Below, piece after piece: positions 13,254 to 25,224 of a DNA stretch of 64,000 nucleotides. This DNA is from Octopus sinensis (lineage: Eukaryota): positions 25,606,001 to 25,670,000 of the forward strand of contig NC_043017.1 in the NCBI RefSeq assembly GCF_006345805.1. Direction: 5' to 3'. The notes below the pieces were generated by a model, which saw only the letters and a list, made by a program, of their open reading frames with translations, made no database searches and had not been told where the DNA came from. The position numbers and the translations under genes were made by a program. The first letter of the stretch is position 1; each line of letters starts with the position of its first letter.

Positions 13254-13390
13254 ATATATATATGAATACATATATTTGTATACACACACATATCTGCACA
13301 AACATATATGAATGTGTGTGTATAAATACGTACATATACATGTGTGTGTGTATACGCGTATATATACACATATTTGCATATATGTGTGTG
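12300..13390. repeat. Compound (TA)/(CA)/(TACA) microsatellite field
   Basis: Seen directly. Confidence 0.95.
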
Positions 13391-13757
13391 TATCTAATGA
13401 CACTGAATACTAATACCGAAATGAACTGAAGGTCGTAAACACTTGTAGACCAACGAAGGATATAAAAAAACATACTTTGAAATAGAAACAGAGAAACGGT
13501 TCACACTGAGAGGTTACTGCGAATAAAATAAAATCACTCTTTAGCTGTTAGCCTTTTCGTGCCAATCATAATTGTTTGTTTTTACAGGACTGTTTATTTT
13601 CCTTCTGTGCGGGGAAATACTGAACGAATGATTATAAAAGAGGGCCAGAGAAAAAAGAAATGACATTAAACAGGCAAGAATAAATTGAAAAAATGAAAAA
13701 AAAAAAAAATAACAGAAAAAAACCCAAACAAACGAAAAGGGAAACAAAAACGAATTA

Positions 13758-13950
13758 TAATTGGAGTGGTTGATGAAAAAAATCTGTACGGATATGTGTG
13801 TGTATGTGTGTATATATATATCTTTCTGTGTTCCTTTCTGCGGAGGAGCGTAGGCTCGAAACGTTAAAGACTTTTGCACTTACCGAGCGTTATATTAATA
13901 CATCTGTTTGTTGTCTACACCACCTGTCTTTGTCTTTAGTTTCTTTTTGT
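13758..13950 (+). mobile_element. Second direct copy of the hammerhead-like repeat (fold at 13834-13869)
   Basis: Fold identical to 11219-11254. Confidence 0.6.
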
Positions 13951-14117
13951 GTGTATATATATATATTTAAAAAAAATTCTTTTATTTGTTTCAGTCATTT
14001 GTGTATATATATACACACATACATATACTCATACATACATACATATATATACACACACATATATATATATATATACACATACACACAACTTGAATTTAGG
14101 ATGTATATACGTATGCC

Positions 14118-14154
<37 letters not shown>

Positions 14155-14190
14155 CACACAACTTGAATTTAGGATGTATATGCGTATGCC

Positions 14191-14246
<56 letters not shown>

Positions 14247-15251
14247 ACAATCAAGGAACGGCCATAATAGGCCATTCACCCACTAGAAATAACAGCCAAA
14301 GCTTCAACCGCAAATAAAAGTCAACTCCGTAAACCAGGAGAAAATTTAAAAACATTTACCCTGTAATTTCTTATACGATGCACCGTTTCATCTGCTGTTT
14401 AATGGTAAACTAACCTGATTAAATTAAATCAAGCCAATATATATATATATATATTTGCGGTGTATGCGTAAATGTGTGTGCATATTCACGGATGTTAAAG
14501 TGACTGAAACTGGCGAAAATGAAGGATTAAAACAGATAAAAGAAAAACGCCCCCACCCCCGCTGCCAAAAAAAAAAAGAGAGAGAGAGAAAAAAACATTT
14601 TGTGTCGGGCAATTCTCTCTCTTCTGACCGATTATCAATGGACATTAGTCCAGTCACGACCTTACGTTCTCTCTTTTACCTACAGAACAAACCACATATC
14701 GTGTCTCTTTCCGAAACACTCTTCACCTCATCTCCTATCTTTCACCCAACGCCGCATGTCGTCTGCCATTTTGAATCGTCGTCTGCCATTCTGAATCGTC
14801 TGCACTGCTTAGCAACGACGTTATCTATCTTCCACTGAACACACTCAGTAAACCAAACAGTTTCTTGTCCAAAAATATATTGGCTGTTCTTACATAGAAA
14901 TCCTTTCTTTCTTTGCTGGACATCTCTTCAACTCAAACGTTAGCAATAAATACTTCCATTTTCCTCTGCCGCACAATTCTCTCCTCCCATTCCGCCATGT
15001 TCATTTGCTTTCTCTATCGCTCACCAATTATTTTCCGAGCACCAGAAGCTTTTAAATGAAGACTGACCTCTCAGAAAGTGTATATCTCTTAACTATCTTT
15101 TTCTGAAGTTACCGTTATAGATAATTTCAATGTATACGGACATTACGGTGAAGTTAAGAACTTCGCTTCGCAGTCATGAGGTTCCGCGTTCGATCTTCGC
15201 TGAATGCTCTTCGGATAAATGTCATCTTCTATAACCTCGGGCTGACAAATA

Positions 15252-15482
15252 CCTATTTCTTTACTACCCACAAGGGGCTAAACATAGAAGGAACAAACAA
15301 GGACAGACAAACGGATTAAGTCGATTATATCGACCCCAGTGCGTAACTGGTACTTATTTAATCGACCCCGAAAGGATGAAAGGCAAAGTCGACCTCGGCG
15401 GAATTGGAACTCAGAACATAGCAGCAGACGAAATACGGCTACGCATTTCGCCCGGCGTGCTAAAGTTTCTGCCAGTTCGTCG
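15252..15482 (-). mobile_element. SINE family B inserted in an old SINE A-like copy
   Basis: Minus strand: head ..gaactggcagaaac, B box gagttccaattcc, body gcctttcatcctttcggggtcgat, tail gtaagaaatagg. TSD ctg(a/g)caaatacc at 15242-15253 and 15483-15494. Confidence 0.9.
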
Positions 15483-15559
15483 CTGGCAAATACCGTGTGA
15501 GTCGAATGCAGTTGGCAGAAACTATTCGGAAATCTATCGCATATGTAAGTAAGTATATT

Positions 15560-15930
15560 TAATGTGTCAAGAGGTTTGCTTCCTAACAATATGGCTCCGG
15601 GTTCACTCGTGCGGCGTGGAACCTTGTGTAAGTGTCTTCTACTATAACCCCTGATCAAAGCCTTGTGTGTAGATTTGGTAGACGGAAACTGAAAGAAGCC
15701 TGTCGTGTATATGGATAAGAAATGTGTGTAGCTTTATGTCTATGTTCCACCGTCACCGTTTGAAAAGCGGTGTGGTGTATTTACGTCCGAGTAACTTAGC
15801 AGTTCGGCAAAAAGGATCGATAGGTACCAGATTTTAAAAAGTAAGTAATGTAGTCGATTTGGTCGACTAACATTCTTCAAAGTGGTGGCCCAGCATGGTT
15901 GCAGTGTAATGACTGAAACAAGATAAAACA
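15560..15930 (+). mobile_element. Diverged SINE A copy; source of an inverted duplicate at 16255-16549
   Basis: Shares the private internal sequence gtatatggataagaaatgtgtgtagctttatgtctatgttcc with the inverted copy. Confidence 0.85.
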
Positions 15931-16073
15931 CACACACTCACTCACATGCATGCAACAAAACCTTCGTAAGACTGAAATCTTTAAAGAAGTATTACCATTG
16001 TCAGAAATACAATTCGCATGAAGGAGATGATAAACATCATACAATTCTGGGTAAAGTCTTCGCCTCTCAAGTA

Positions 16074-17385
16074 TTGGGTTGTCCGGAAAGTTCGTGCCGA
16101 TTTATAGCAGCTTACCTTTCGACTTACACATATATACACACGCATACTAACACACATCCATCCATACATACACATGTGAACGACAATCTTATACTGGTTT
16201 CCATACAGAACTGCATAAACGAATGATTTTCACACAAACAAATGGAAGCGATATCATTAAACTGCAACCATGTTGGACCACCACTTTGAAGAATGTTAGT
16301 CGACCAAATCGACCCCCATTACTTACTTTTTAAAACCTGGTACTTGTCGATCTTTTTGCCGAACCGCTAAGTTACTCGGACGTAAACACACCACACCGGT
16401 TTTCAAACGGTGACGGAGGAACATAGACATAAAGCTACACACATTTCTTATCCATATACACGACGGGCTTCTTTCAGTTTCCGTCTACCAAATCTATTCA
16501 CAAGGCTTTGATTGATCCGGGGTTATAGTAGAAGACACTTACACAAGGTGAACGACAGTCCTAAACTGGTCTCCATACAGAACTGCATAAACGAATGATT
16601 TTCACACAAACAAATGAAAGCGATGGTCCTATGGAGATGATCCAAATGTTATTTAATTATCCTTGGTGTGTTCTCGTTGCTTTAGCGTCTTGTATCTCTT
16701 GGAATATCAATAAAAGAACCAGACTCAGTGAAAGTAATTTCCAAAAACAGAATCTTTCCGTCTCAGTAACAGACACTGTGATACGTAAACGCTAATAATG
16801 GTTGAGTCCATAAAATAGGATTTGACTACACCTCCATTTAGAGCACGGTTTAAGCTATCTTTTCATGGAAGAAGATTTATGTTCCTATAACCTGTGTTAA
16901 TTCTGTAACCCTTTAAAATGGAAGATAAGAAAGTTCATTTTCGGCACTTGATGCTTTGGGAACCAGACAAAAATTGCTGCAGCTCGGCTGGGATGTGTTA
17001 CCCCACCCTCCATATTCACCAGATATTGCTCCTTCGGATTTCCACTTATTCAGGTTTCTGCAGAATAGTCTTAATGGTAAAAATTTCAATTCCTTGGATG
17101 ACGTAAAAAGATACCTTGATGAATTCTTTGTCATGAAACTACCTCAATTTTGGGAAGAGGGTACACTGTGATACGTAAACGCTAATAATGGTTGAGTCCA
17201 TTATATAGAATTTGACATGAAACCACCTCAATTCTGGGAAGAGAGTATATTCAAGTTAAAGGAAAGATGGAGACGCATTGTGCAACAAAATGGTTCATAT
17301 TTGGTTGATGAAAAATGTAATGGCAAGTATTTATTGACCTTTTACTTTCCTTTAAAAATCGGCATGAACTTTCCGGACAATCCAA
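16074..17385 (+). mobile_element. Internally deleted mariner transposon with inserted local DNA
   Basis: 30-bp TIRs (16074-16103 and 17356-17385, 2 mismatches), TA on both sides. N-terminus MEDKKVHFRHLMLWE is joined to LGWDVLPHPPYSPDIAPSDFHLF (YSPDLAP motif) and LKERWRRIVQQNGSY. Confidence 0.92.
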
Positions 17386-17706
17386 TAAATGTTGAACTAT
17401 ACGATAGGAGAGAGTGTCCCTCATCCTCTCATACCCACCCCCGCCACATTCCCTCACACAGTAGTCAATATCGTTTGTCGTAAAAATGCACCCGATAACT
17501 ATATCATGATTCTTATTTATTCCTTATGTATTTTGTTGCATATCGAGAGGGCCATTATGCCAATAACAAACACGCACTGGTTCTATTTCACTTCTTTATT
17601 TGCCAATTGGTTAACCATTTAACCCAAACTAATCGATTGTTTGACCAATCGTTCGGCGAATCAATCAGACAGTCAATTTAGTTTGTCAAAGTCCCTTTGT
17701 TGACAA

Positions 17707-17940
17707 CCTATTTCTTTACTACCCACAAGAGGTTAAACACAGAGTGAACAAACAAGGACAGACAAACGGATTAAGTCGATTATATCGACCCCAATGCGTA
17801 ACTGGTACTTATTTAATCGACCCGAAAGGATGAAAGGCAAAGTCGAACTCGGCGAAATTTGAACTCAGAACGTAGCGGCAGACGAAATACTGCTAAGCAT
17901 TTCGCCCGGCCTTGCTAACGATTCTGCCAGCTCGCCGTCT
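17707..17940 (-). mobile_element. SINE family B
   Basis: Full length. 17-bp TSD tccctttgttgacaacc (17692-17708 and 17941-17957). Confidence 0.92.
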
Positions 17941-19119
17941 TCCCTTTGTTGACAACCGCGACCTCATCAACGGCATTTGTCCTCGACTCCAGGTCTGCTC
18001 TATGCCTGTCTGTCAGGCTCTGTTTGTCTCCTAAGTTTACAGGTTATATCTATTTAGATGTGAATGAGAAGTGTGCTGTGTAAAGTTAGAATCTGTTATT
18101 TTTAGGCATAAAATTGTTTGTGTTGCTTGCTTTTGCAATTTTTTCTTTCGAAAAATCCGGCTGAACTTGTTCTCACTTAATAACATGGAAAATCAATAGG
18201 AAAATTAATTTTGCATTACGACAAGTTTTTCAGAAACGTATTAGTTTCGTAAAATGGGGATTCCTTTGTATGAATACAAATATACGTAAATGAAAAACTT
18301 TGGGAAGCTAATTTAAGCGAGAATATATTTTAAATTCCATCGTAAATTCTATTCACATATTTTTAGCTCAATATCCACAGCAGCAAGCAGAAATGTTAAT
18401 TGAAATTTTGCTGGTATCTTATTTGCTTTCTTTTATTATTTGATTCACACATAGTCTGGCTAGAAGCATAATTTGGAAGTGTTTGCTATTCACAGTAGAT
18501 TACTGATCGGCACAGCCTGTCCGGTATAAAAAAACGGTTGTAATTGTTTTTGTTTCTCGTTCTTTCTTCGTTACCCCCTGAAGAAGCTTCATTTTTTTTG
18601 TTTTTTAATTGTAGCTTCAAAAATTGGTTTGCAAACAGATAACGGTATGAGTTGCAAACATAAATTTCTGTCCAAGGAGGTTTGATAGGAAATGTGAAGA
18701 ACAGTTTGAACGTTGAAGCAACGAATGGGCAAACTCCAGTATACAAATACACCGCATCCACACACAGACACACATATGTGTACACACATTCACTCTTACA
18801 CACACATGCATACATACAAACACACATACATACATATGAAAAATAAACTAAATAAACTAAGAAAAATAATTCAAAGTGGCTTGTGGCATGTATTTGAACA
18901 ACACAGACAAATACTGGTCTATCAAATACCATACAACATAAATTCTTGATGTATTAAAATTTGTTCCCCCCACCCAAGACAATGAGTCATGATTACCGAA
19001 TGGTAAATGAAACCAGCTCCACTTGAGAAAGGGAGATAATCTTGAGAATCAAGTACTCTCGAAAGCTGATGTGCCATTGAGGAAAGCAACAGTGTTATTT
19101 CCTGGAGATATTAGGACAG

Positions 19120-19162
19120 CTGTGGACACGCGTTTCTGCCTTAATAGGCGTTATCAGCACAA
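19120..19162 (-). ncRNA. Hammerhead-ribozyme-like fold, decayed
   Basis: Minus strand: ugug-CUGAUAA-cgcc-uauuaa-ggca-GAAA-c-gcgu-g-UC-caca. GUC triplet and all three stems present. G8A breaks the C3-G8 pair. Confidence 0.55.
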
Positions 19163-19224
19163 TTGGTTGTAGCCTGTCTCTTACAGTCAAGGAACATGGA
19201 CATATACAAAGACATGTTCTTATA

Positions 19225-19703
19225 TTTGTTTGTCATTTGACTGCAACCATACTGGAGAACCGCCTTAAAGGGTGTTAGTCGAAGAAATCGACCCCAGGAC
19301 TTCTTTTTTGTAAGCCTAGTACTTATTATATCGATCTCTTTTGTCGAACCGCTAAGTTACGGGGACGTAACTTTTAGTCGAGGTCTTTGTAAGCCTAGTA
19401 CTATTCTATCGGTCTCTCTTGCCGAACCGCTAAGTGACGGGGACAAATCACACTAGCATCGGTTGTCAAGCGATGTTGGGGGGACAAACACAGACACACA
19501 AACATATATATACATACATATATGCATATATATATATACGACGGGCTTCTTTCAGTTTCCGTCTACCAAATCCACTCACAAGGCTTTGGTTGATCTGAGG
19601 CTATAGTAGAAGACATTTGCCCAAGGTGCCACGCAGTGGGACTGAACCCGGAACCATGTGGTTGGTAAGCAAGCTACTTACCACACAGCCACTCCTACGC
19701 CTA
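19225..19703 (-). mobile_element. SINE family A with a partial tail duplication
   Basis: The tail module occurs twice (19225-19370 and from 19371). The head ends at 19703. Confidence 0.88.
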
Positions 19704-19719
19704 TGAAGATTGATGTCTT

Positions 19720-20340
19720 ATGCTTCGTATAGTGCTCCAGTCTCAGCCAAAATGCGCCGAGAACTTCAGCCTTTACCATTTGCCACGATGATACACTAAA
19801 AATTCATCATCGCGTCCTTTACTCGAGCGTGTGCGCGGGGCCCCAATTTGAACAAATCTAATTGGCTTAAAACCGGCCCTGATGCCGAAGATGGTGGCTG
19901 CAAGCGTGATCGTTATAGTACGTGTAGTACACTAGTCTCAACTAAAAAGCGTTGAAGGTTTGAGGCCCCGTCGTTAGCCTCGATGATATACTAAAAATTC
20001 ATAATAGTTTCCTCCGCTCGAGTGTGTGCGCGGAGCCCTTGATTGGCGAGGGGCCCAATTTGAACAAATCTAATAGGCTTAAAACCGGCCCTGATGCTGG
20101 AGGAGTGGCTGTAAGGGTGATGGGTGTTGTACTTGTTGTACACCAGTCCCAGCCAAAAAGCATTTAAGGGGTTGAGGTACCACAATTATTCCCAGTGGTA
20201 AAATAAAAATTCGTCATAGCGTCCTTCACTCAAGCGTGTGCGAAGGGCTCTTTCTTGGCGCGGGGTACAATTTAAACAAATCTGTGTATTGGTTTAAAAC
20301 TAGCCCAGGTACTGGAGGTGGTGGTTGTAAGGTTGATGAT
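19720..20340. repeat. ~200-bp diverged tandem triplication containing a DNA-transposon-like end
   Basis: taaaaattc.tcat...tcgagcgtgtgcg...aatttgaacaaatct...ggcttaaaaccggccctg occurs three times. Its reverse complement CAGGGCCGG resembles a hAT-type terminus. Confidence 0.7.
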
Positions 20341-20487
20341 TTTAGTGGTGATAATGGCGGTCGTGATAATTGTAGTAGTTTTGGTTGCAATGGCTCTTGT
20401 TACGTCACTTTTTAAATCATTCGACGCGACCAGAAGTCGTTCTTTTTACTTTTTGAATTTGTCTCATAATGCTTAATGAAATACAAC

Positions 20488-20952
20488 GTTTTATAAACAA
20501 ACTTTGGAAGCGTCGAATGTGTTTGGTATTTTACAGACAAGAGAGTAAATTTCGAGCGCAGTATATAGTTGTGGAAACAGCAGAAAGATTGTGCATTTTA
20601 CCATTATAAAACAAAAAAGAGTTGCTAGCAGACGGCTATGGGACTCGAACCCGTACCCCCAAGATACCAGCTGAATACTTTACCTATTTCATTACTACCC
20701 ACAAGAGGCTAAACACAGAAGGGACAAACAAGGATAGACAAACGGATTAAGTCGATTATATAGACCCCAGTGTGTAACTGGTACTTTATTTATCGACCCT
20801 GAAAGGATGAAAAGCAAAGTCGACCTCGGCGGAATTTGAACTCAGAACGTAACGGCAGGCGAAATACGGCTACGCATTTCGCCCGGCGTGCTAACGTTTC
20901 TGCCAGCTCACCGCCTTACCAGCGGAATACTCTACCATTAAGCTAAATGGCA
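20488..20952 (-). mobile_element. tRNA-derived element (family E) interrupted by a SINE B (20683-20916); body repeated at ~21015-21590 and inverted at ~21605-21675
   Basis: Minus strand A box tagcttaatggt and B box ggttcgagtcc. The SINE B is flanked by a 20-bp TSD (20665-20684 and 20917-20936). Confidence 0.75.
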
Positions 20953-21069
20953 CGTTGACATTAATTACCGTCAGTTTTAACGTTAAATAATAATAGCTTT
21001 TGGAATGTGACAACATTTTATAAACAAATTTTGAAATGTGTTTGGTATTTTTTACCGACAAGAAAGTAT

Positions 21070-21492
21070 GGATCTTTTCGGTTTGAACGGCAGTTTTTTC
21101 TAGCGGTGTCATATGAAATTGTTACCCATAATTATGACCCTAGAATCGATCTATTGCATATCAATCTCTTTTAGGGTTAGGGTTAGGGGTGGAGGAAGGG
21201 TATCTTTTTTTATTCACAAATGTAAATAAACCCAATCTGTTTCTTAAACGAGGGACATATTCATACGGCACAGAATGCTTTTTAACTCAATAGACGTCAC
21301 TGATTGGTTGAAATTGCAGAAATTGAAGAAAAGAAAAACAAAAAAACAAATATCTTACAAACTATAGAATTTTCTCAATAAAGGCAAGAGAAAAAGATGT
21401 TTTATAAACACATTCTACCAGTATACGAAATTTAACATTTTTTAATTACCTAGAAATTATGTTAAAAACATCCGTTCAAACCGAAAAGATCC
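21070..21492. mobile_element. MITE with 21-bp TIRs, 8-bp TSD and internal TTAGGG repeats (possibly Merlin-like)
   Basis: ggatcttttcggtttgaacgg...ccgttcaaaccgaaaagatcc. TSD gaaagtat at 21062-21069 and 21493-21500. Confidence 0.92.
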
Positions 21493-22160
21493 GAAAGTAT
21501 ATTTCGAGCGTAGTCTAGCTGTGCAAAATAGCAGAAAGATTGTGTATTCTCCATTTGTAAGACGGAAAAGAGTTGCCAGCAGACGGCTCAGTCTTATAAG
21601 GGTAAAATACTCAATCTTTTCGCTGTTTTCATAGCCATGCTGTGTTCGAAATCTACTTTCTTACCTATAAAATTCTTAATGGAAAAGTTTTCTAAATTTG
21701 ATGAAGGGCCCTGCCTAAATCATTGTATCTCCTCTTTGTTACAGCAAAGAATATTCTAAAACAGGCTTGTCGGTGGCGCTAGTTGTATTGGTGGTTGTTG
21801 TAGCGGCTGTGGTTGTAGTTGTCATAGTTGTGACGGAGTGGAAGCGGTGATTAAGAGAGAAAAGAAAAGAAAGGAAGAAAAAAAAGAACGGAGAGGGACC
21901 GAAGGCGAGGCGAGGCGAGAATTACGGAGTTAATAGCCGTGGTCATAGTGTTAAGTTTAATGACTTGGAACAAATTCAAAGCACAAATTATGTTTGTTTG
22001 AATGGCGAAAATATTCCACATTGTCGATGGCAGGGTCGAACGTATTTATGGCTTGACTTGGCAAACAGATCTCAACTTATGGAAACACAAGCAACAGTAA
22101 TAAAAAAAAATAACAAAAAAAACTAAAAAACAAAACAAAAATAAAAAATAAAAAATAAAA

Positions 22161-22191
<31 letters not shown>

Positions 22192-22604
22192 CAAAAACTA
22201 AAGCATACAAAATAAAAAAGAAATGCAGATAAAAATGATAAAAAAATGGCGGCGTTGATTTTCATCTAATGTGTTTGTTTAATTGTTTAAGTAAGAGATG
22301 AAAAAAAAAAAACCTAAACAAAACAAAACAGTTAAATGCATAAAGAAAGGTATTAGCTTCCTCCCTATAAACTAAGGAATAACGAAGAGACCGACAGCAG
22401 ACCATTATTTATTTGTTATTTCGATGAGTTTGAGCAGAATGTATCATGGTATCAACGCCGTCCGAGTTACGGTACTTGCCTGGTTCGAAGTTCGAGTCAA
22501 GCGAATGGCTTCCCCCCCGCCTAACCGTCATCTCGTCTGCTTCTTTATTCATTTATTTTGAAGAAAACCCCAATGTATTACAGGTTGGTATTTATATTTC
22601 TTAT

Positions 22605-23695
22605 AAGGCGGCGAGTTGGCAGAAACGTTAGCACGCCGGGCGAAATGCTTAGCGGTATTTCGTCTGCTGTTACGTTCTGAGTTCAAATTCCGCCGAGGTC
22701 GACTTTGCCTTTCATCCTTTCGGGGTCGATAAATTAAGTACCAGTTACGCATTGAGGTCGACATAATCGACTTAATCCGTCTGTCTGTCTCCTCTGTGTA
22801 TATCTCCTTGTGGGTAGTTAAGAAATAGGTATTTCGTGTGTCTTTACGTACTGAGTTCAAATTACGCCGAAGTCGACTTTGCCTTTCGTCCTTTCGGGGT
22901 CGATAAATTAAGTACCAGTTACGTATTGGGGTCGACATAATCGACTTAATCCGTCTGTCTGTCCTTGTTTTTCTCCTCTGTGTTTAGCCCCTTGTGGGTA
23001 GTAAGGAAATAGGTATTTCGTCTGCAGTTACGTTCTGAGTTCAAATTCCGCCGCGGTCGACTTTGCCTTTCATCCTTTCGGGGTCGATAAATTAAGTACC
23101 AGTTATGCACTGGGGGTCGACATAATCGACTTAATCCGTCTGTCTGTCCTTGTTTATCTCCTCTGTGTTTAGCCCCTTGTGGGTAGTAAAGGAAATAGGT
23201 ATTCCGTCTGCAGTTACGTTCTGAGTTCAAATTCCGCCGAGGTCGACTTTGCCTTTCATCCTTTCGGGATCGATAAATTAAGTACTAGTTACGCATTGAG
23301 GTCGACATAATCGACTTAATCCGTCTGTCTGTCTCCTCTGTGTATAGCCCCTTGTGGGTAGTTAAGAAATAGGTATTTCGTGTGTCTTTACGTTCTGAGT
23401 TCAAATTCCACCGAGGTCGACTTTGCCTTTCGTCCTTTCGGGTTCGATTAAATAAGTACCAGTTACGCACTGGGGTCGACATAATCGACTTAATCCGTCT
23501 GTCTGTCCTTGTTTGTCTCCTCTGTGTTTAGCCCCTTGCGGGTAGTAAAGTAATAGATATTTCGTGTGTCTTTACGTTCTGAGTTCAAATTCCACCGAGG
23601 TCGACTTTGCCTTTTGTCCTTTCGGGATCGATTAAATAAGTACCAGTTACGCACTGGGGTCGATGTAATCGACTTAATCCGTTTGTCTATTCTTG
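22605..23695 (+). repeat. Head-to-tail array of SINE B: one head plus about six bodies of ~180 bp
   Basis: A single head aggcggcgagttggcagaaacg, then repeated units joined at aaagaaatag|gtatttcgt. Confidence 0.92.
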
Positions 23696-23774
23696 TCTAT
23701 ACACATACAGACATATATATACACACACATACACACGCATACATACACATACATAAATACATACATATATATAT

Positions 23775-23935
23775 AACGGGAAGCTTTATGAAAATAAACA
23801 AAAGACGAAGGCAGGTGGAATACAAACAAACAATTGTATTAGTATGGCGCCCAGGAATATAAATAAAACAAGTCTTTTACGTTTCGAGCCTACGCTCTTC
23901 AACAGAAAGATACACAGAAAAGAAACACGGAGAGA
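23775..23935 (-). mobile_element. Penelope-like terminal-repeat family with hammerhead-like fold (23873-23910)
   Basis: ucuuu-CUGUUGA-a-gagc-guag-gcuc-GAAA-cg-UA-aaaga. Confidence 0.6.
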
Positions 23936-24196
23936 AACAAGGAGAGAAAAAAAATGCGTGCAGAAGCTAGCGAATCAACATGGCGATCTGATTCCGGCCA
24001 GAAGTCAAAGATCAAACGTGAGACGCAAGAGCGAAAATAGGGGAGATAACAGGGTCAAATGACCACATATATATATATATATACGAATATATATTAACAC
24101 ATACATATATACACACAGATTCACACGCACATATATACAGATATATACACACGCACATACATACACACGCTCATACATCCATACATACATACATAT

Positions 24197-24497
24197 GTGA
24201 ACGACAATCCTATACTGGTCTCCATTACAGAACGAAAACTGGTCTAACGGTCTAATGGCCTATTTTAACGTTGCATCAAACTGCCTAAACGAATGGTTTT
24301 CACACAAACAAATGGAAGCGATGGTCCTATGGAGATGATCCAAATGTTATTTAATTATCCTCGATGTGTTCTCGTTGTTTTAGCGTCTTGTATCTCTTGG
24401 AATATCAATACAAGAACCAGACTCAGTGAAAGTAATTTCCAAAAACAGAATCTTTCCGTCTCTGTGACAGACACTGTGATACGTAAACGCTAATAAT
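24197..24497. repeat. Segment duplicated inside the mariner at 16548-16799 (and partly at 16176-16254)
   Basis: Near-identical sequence. The 66-codon ORFs 16595-16795 and 24293-24493 are almost the same. Confidence 0.9.
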
Positions 24498-24748
24498 AAA
24501 AATGGCGACCTGGAAGATGTTCAGTCGAAATTTTCGTTAGCACCACAGCGCTATAATGCTTATCATATATTCTGTACGTGTGCATTTGTATATGTGCATG
24601 CGTAATTTTTCTATTCTGCTTGTGTGTGTGTGTGTGTGTCTGTATAAACACACACACACATTTGTGTATGCGCATGTGTGTATCAAATTGTTTATTAATT
24701 GTTCATAGACGCATGTATGTATGTATATATAAATACACACATTATGCA

Positions 24749-24783
<35 letters not shown>

Positions 24784-25014
24784 CCTTTGCATCTGATTTT
24801 TTAATGTCTCTACCCCCCATACTTCCGTGAGTTGAATTGAGCAAACACTATATGAGAGAGGTTTTCTTTAAGTATTAGAAATAGTTTTATAAATGTTTTT
24901 TTAGCTGCTATTTCTAATGAGTTCAGTATGCGGCAAAGTAATTTATTTTACTAAGCCCTTTTATATAATGTAATAATTATATATATATATATATATATAC
25001 ATGACACTTCGTCG

Positions 25015-25222
25015 TCAACAGCCTGCTCGTGAAATTAACGGGCAATTAAGTGGCTGAGCACTCCACAGACACGTGTACCCTCAACGTAGTTCTCGGGGAG
25101 ATTCAGCGTGACACAGTATGTGACAAGGCTGGTCCTTTGCAATACAGGCACAACAGAAACAGGAAGAAAGAGTGAGAGAAAGTTGTGGTGAAAGAGTACA
25201 GCAGGGTTCGCCACTGCCGGAA
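25015..25222 (-). mobile_element. SINE family C, 5'-truncated
   Basis: Matches 29480-29692. Confidence 0.85.
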
Positions 25223-25224
25223 CT

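Noticed and set aside
14455-15060. Unique stretch with a 127-aa ORF and splice-like signals near 14680
   Set aside because: No recognisable protein motif and ambiguous strand. It could be UTR or regulatory, but the sequence alone does not support a call.
16595-24493. Duplicated 66-codon ORF as a small gene family
   Set aside because: DNA identity extends beyond the ORF and one copy sits inside a transposon. No independent coding evidence.
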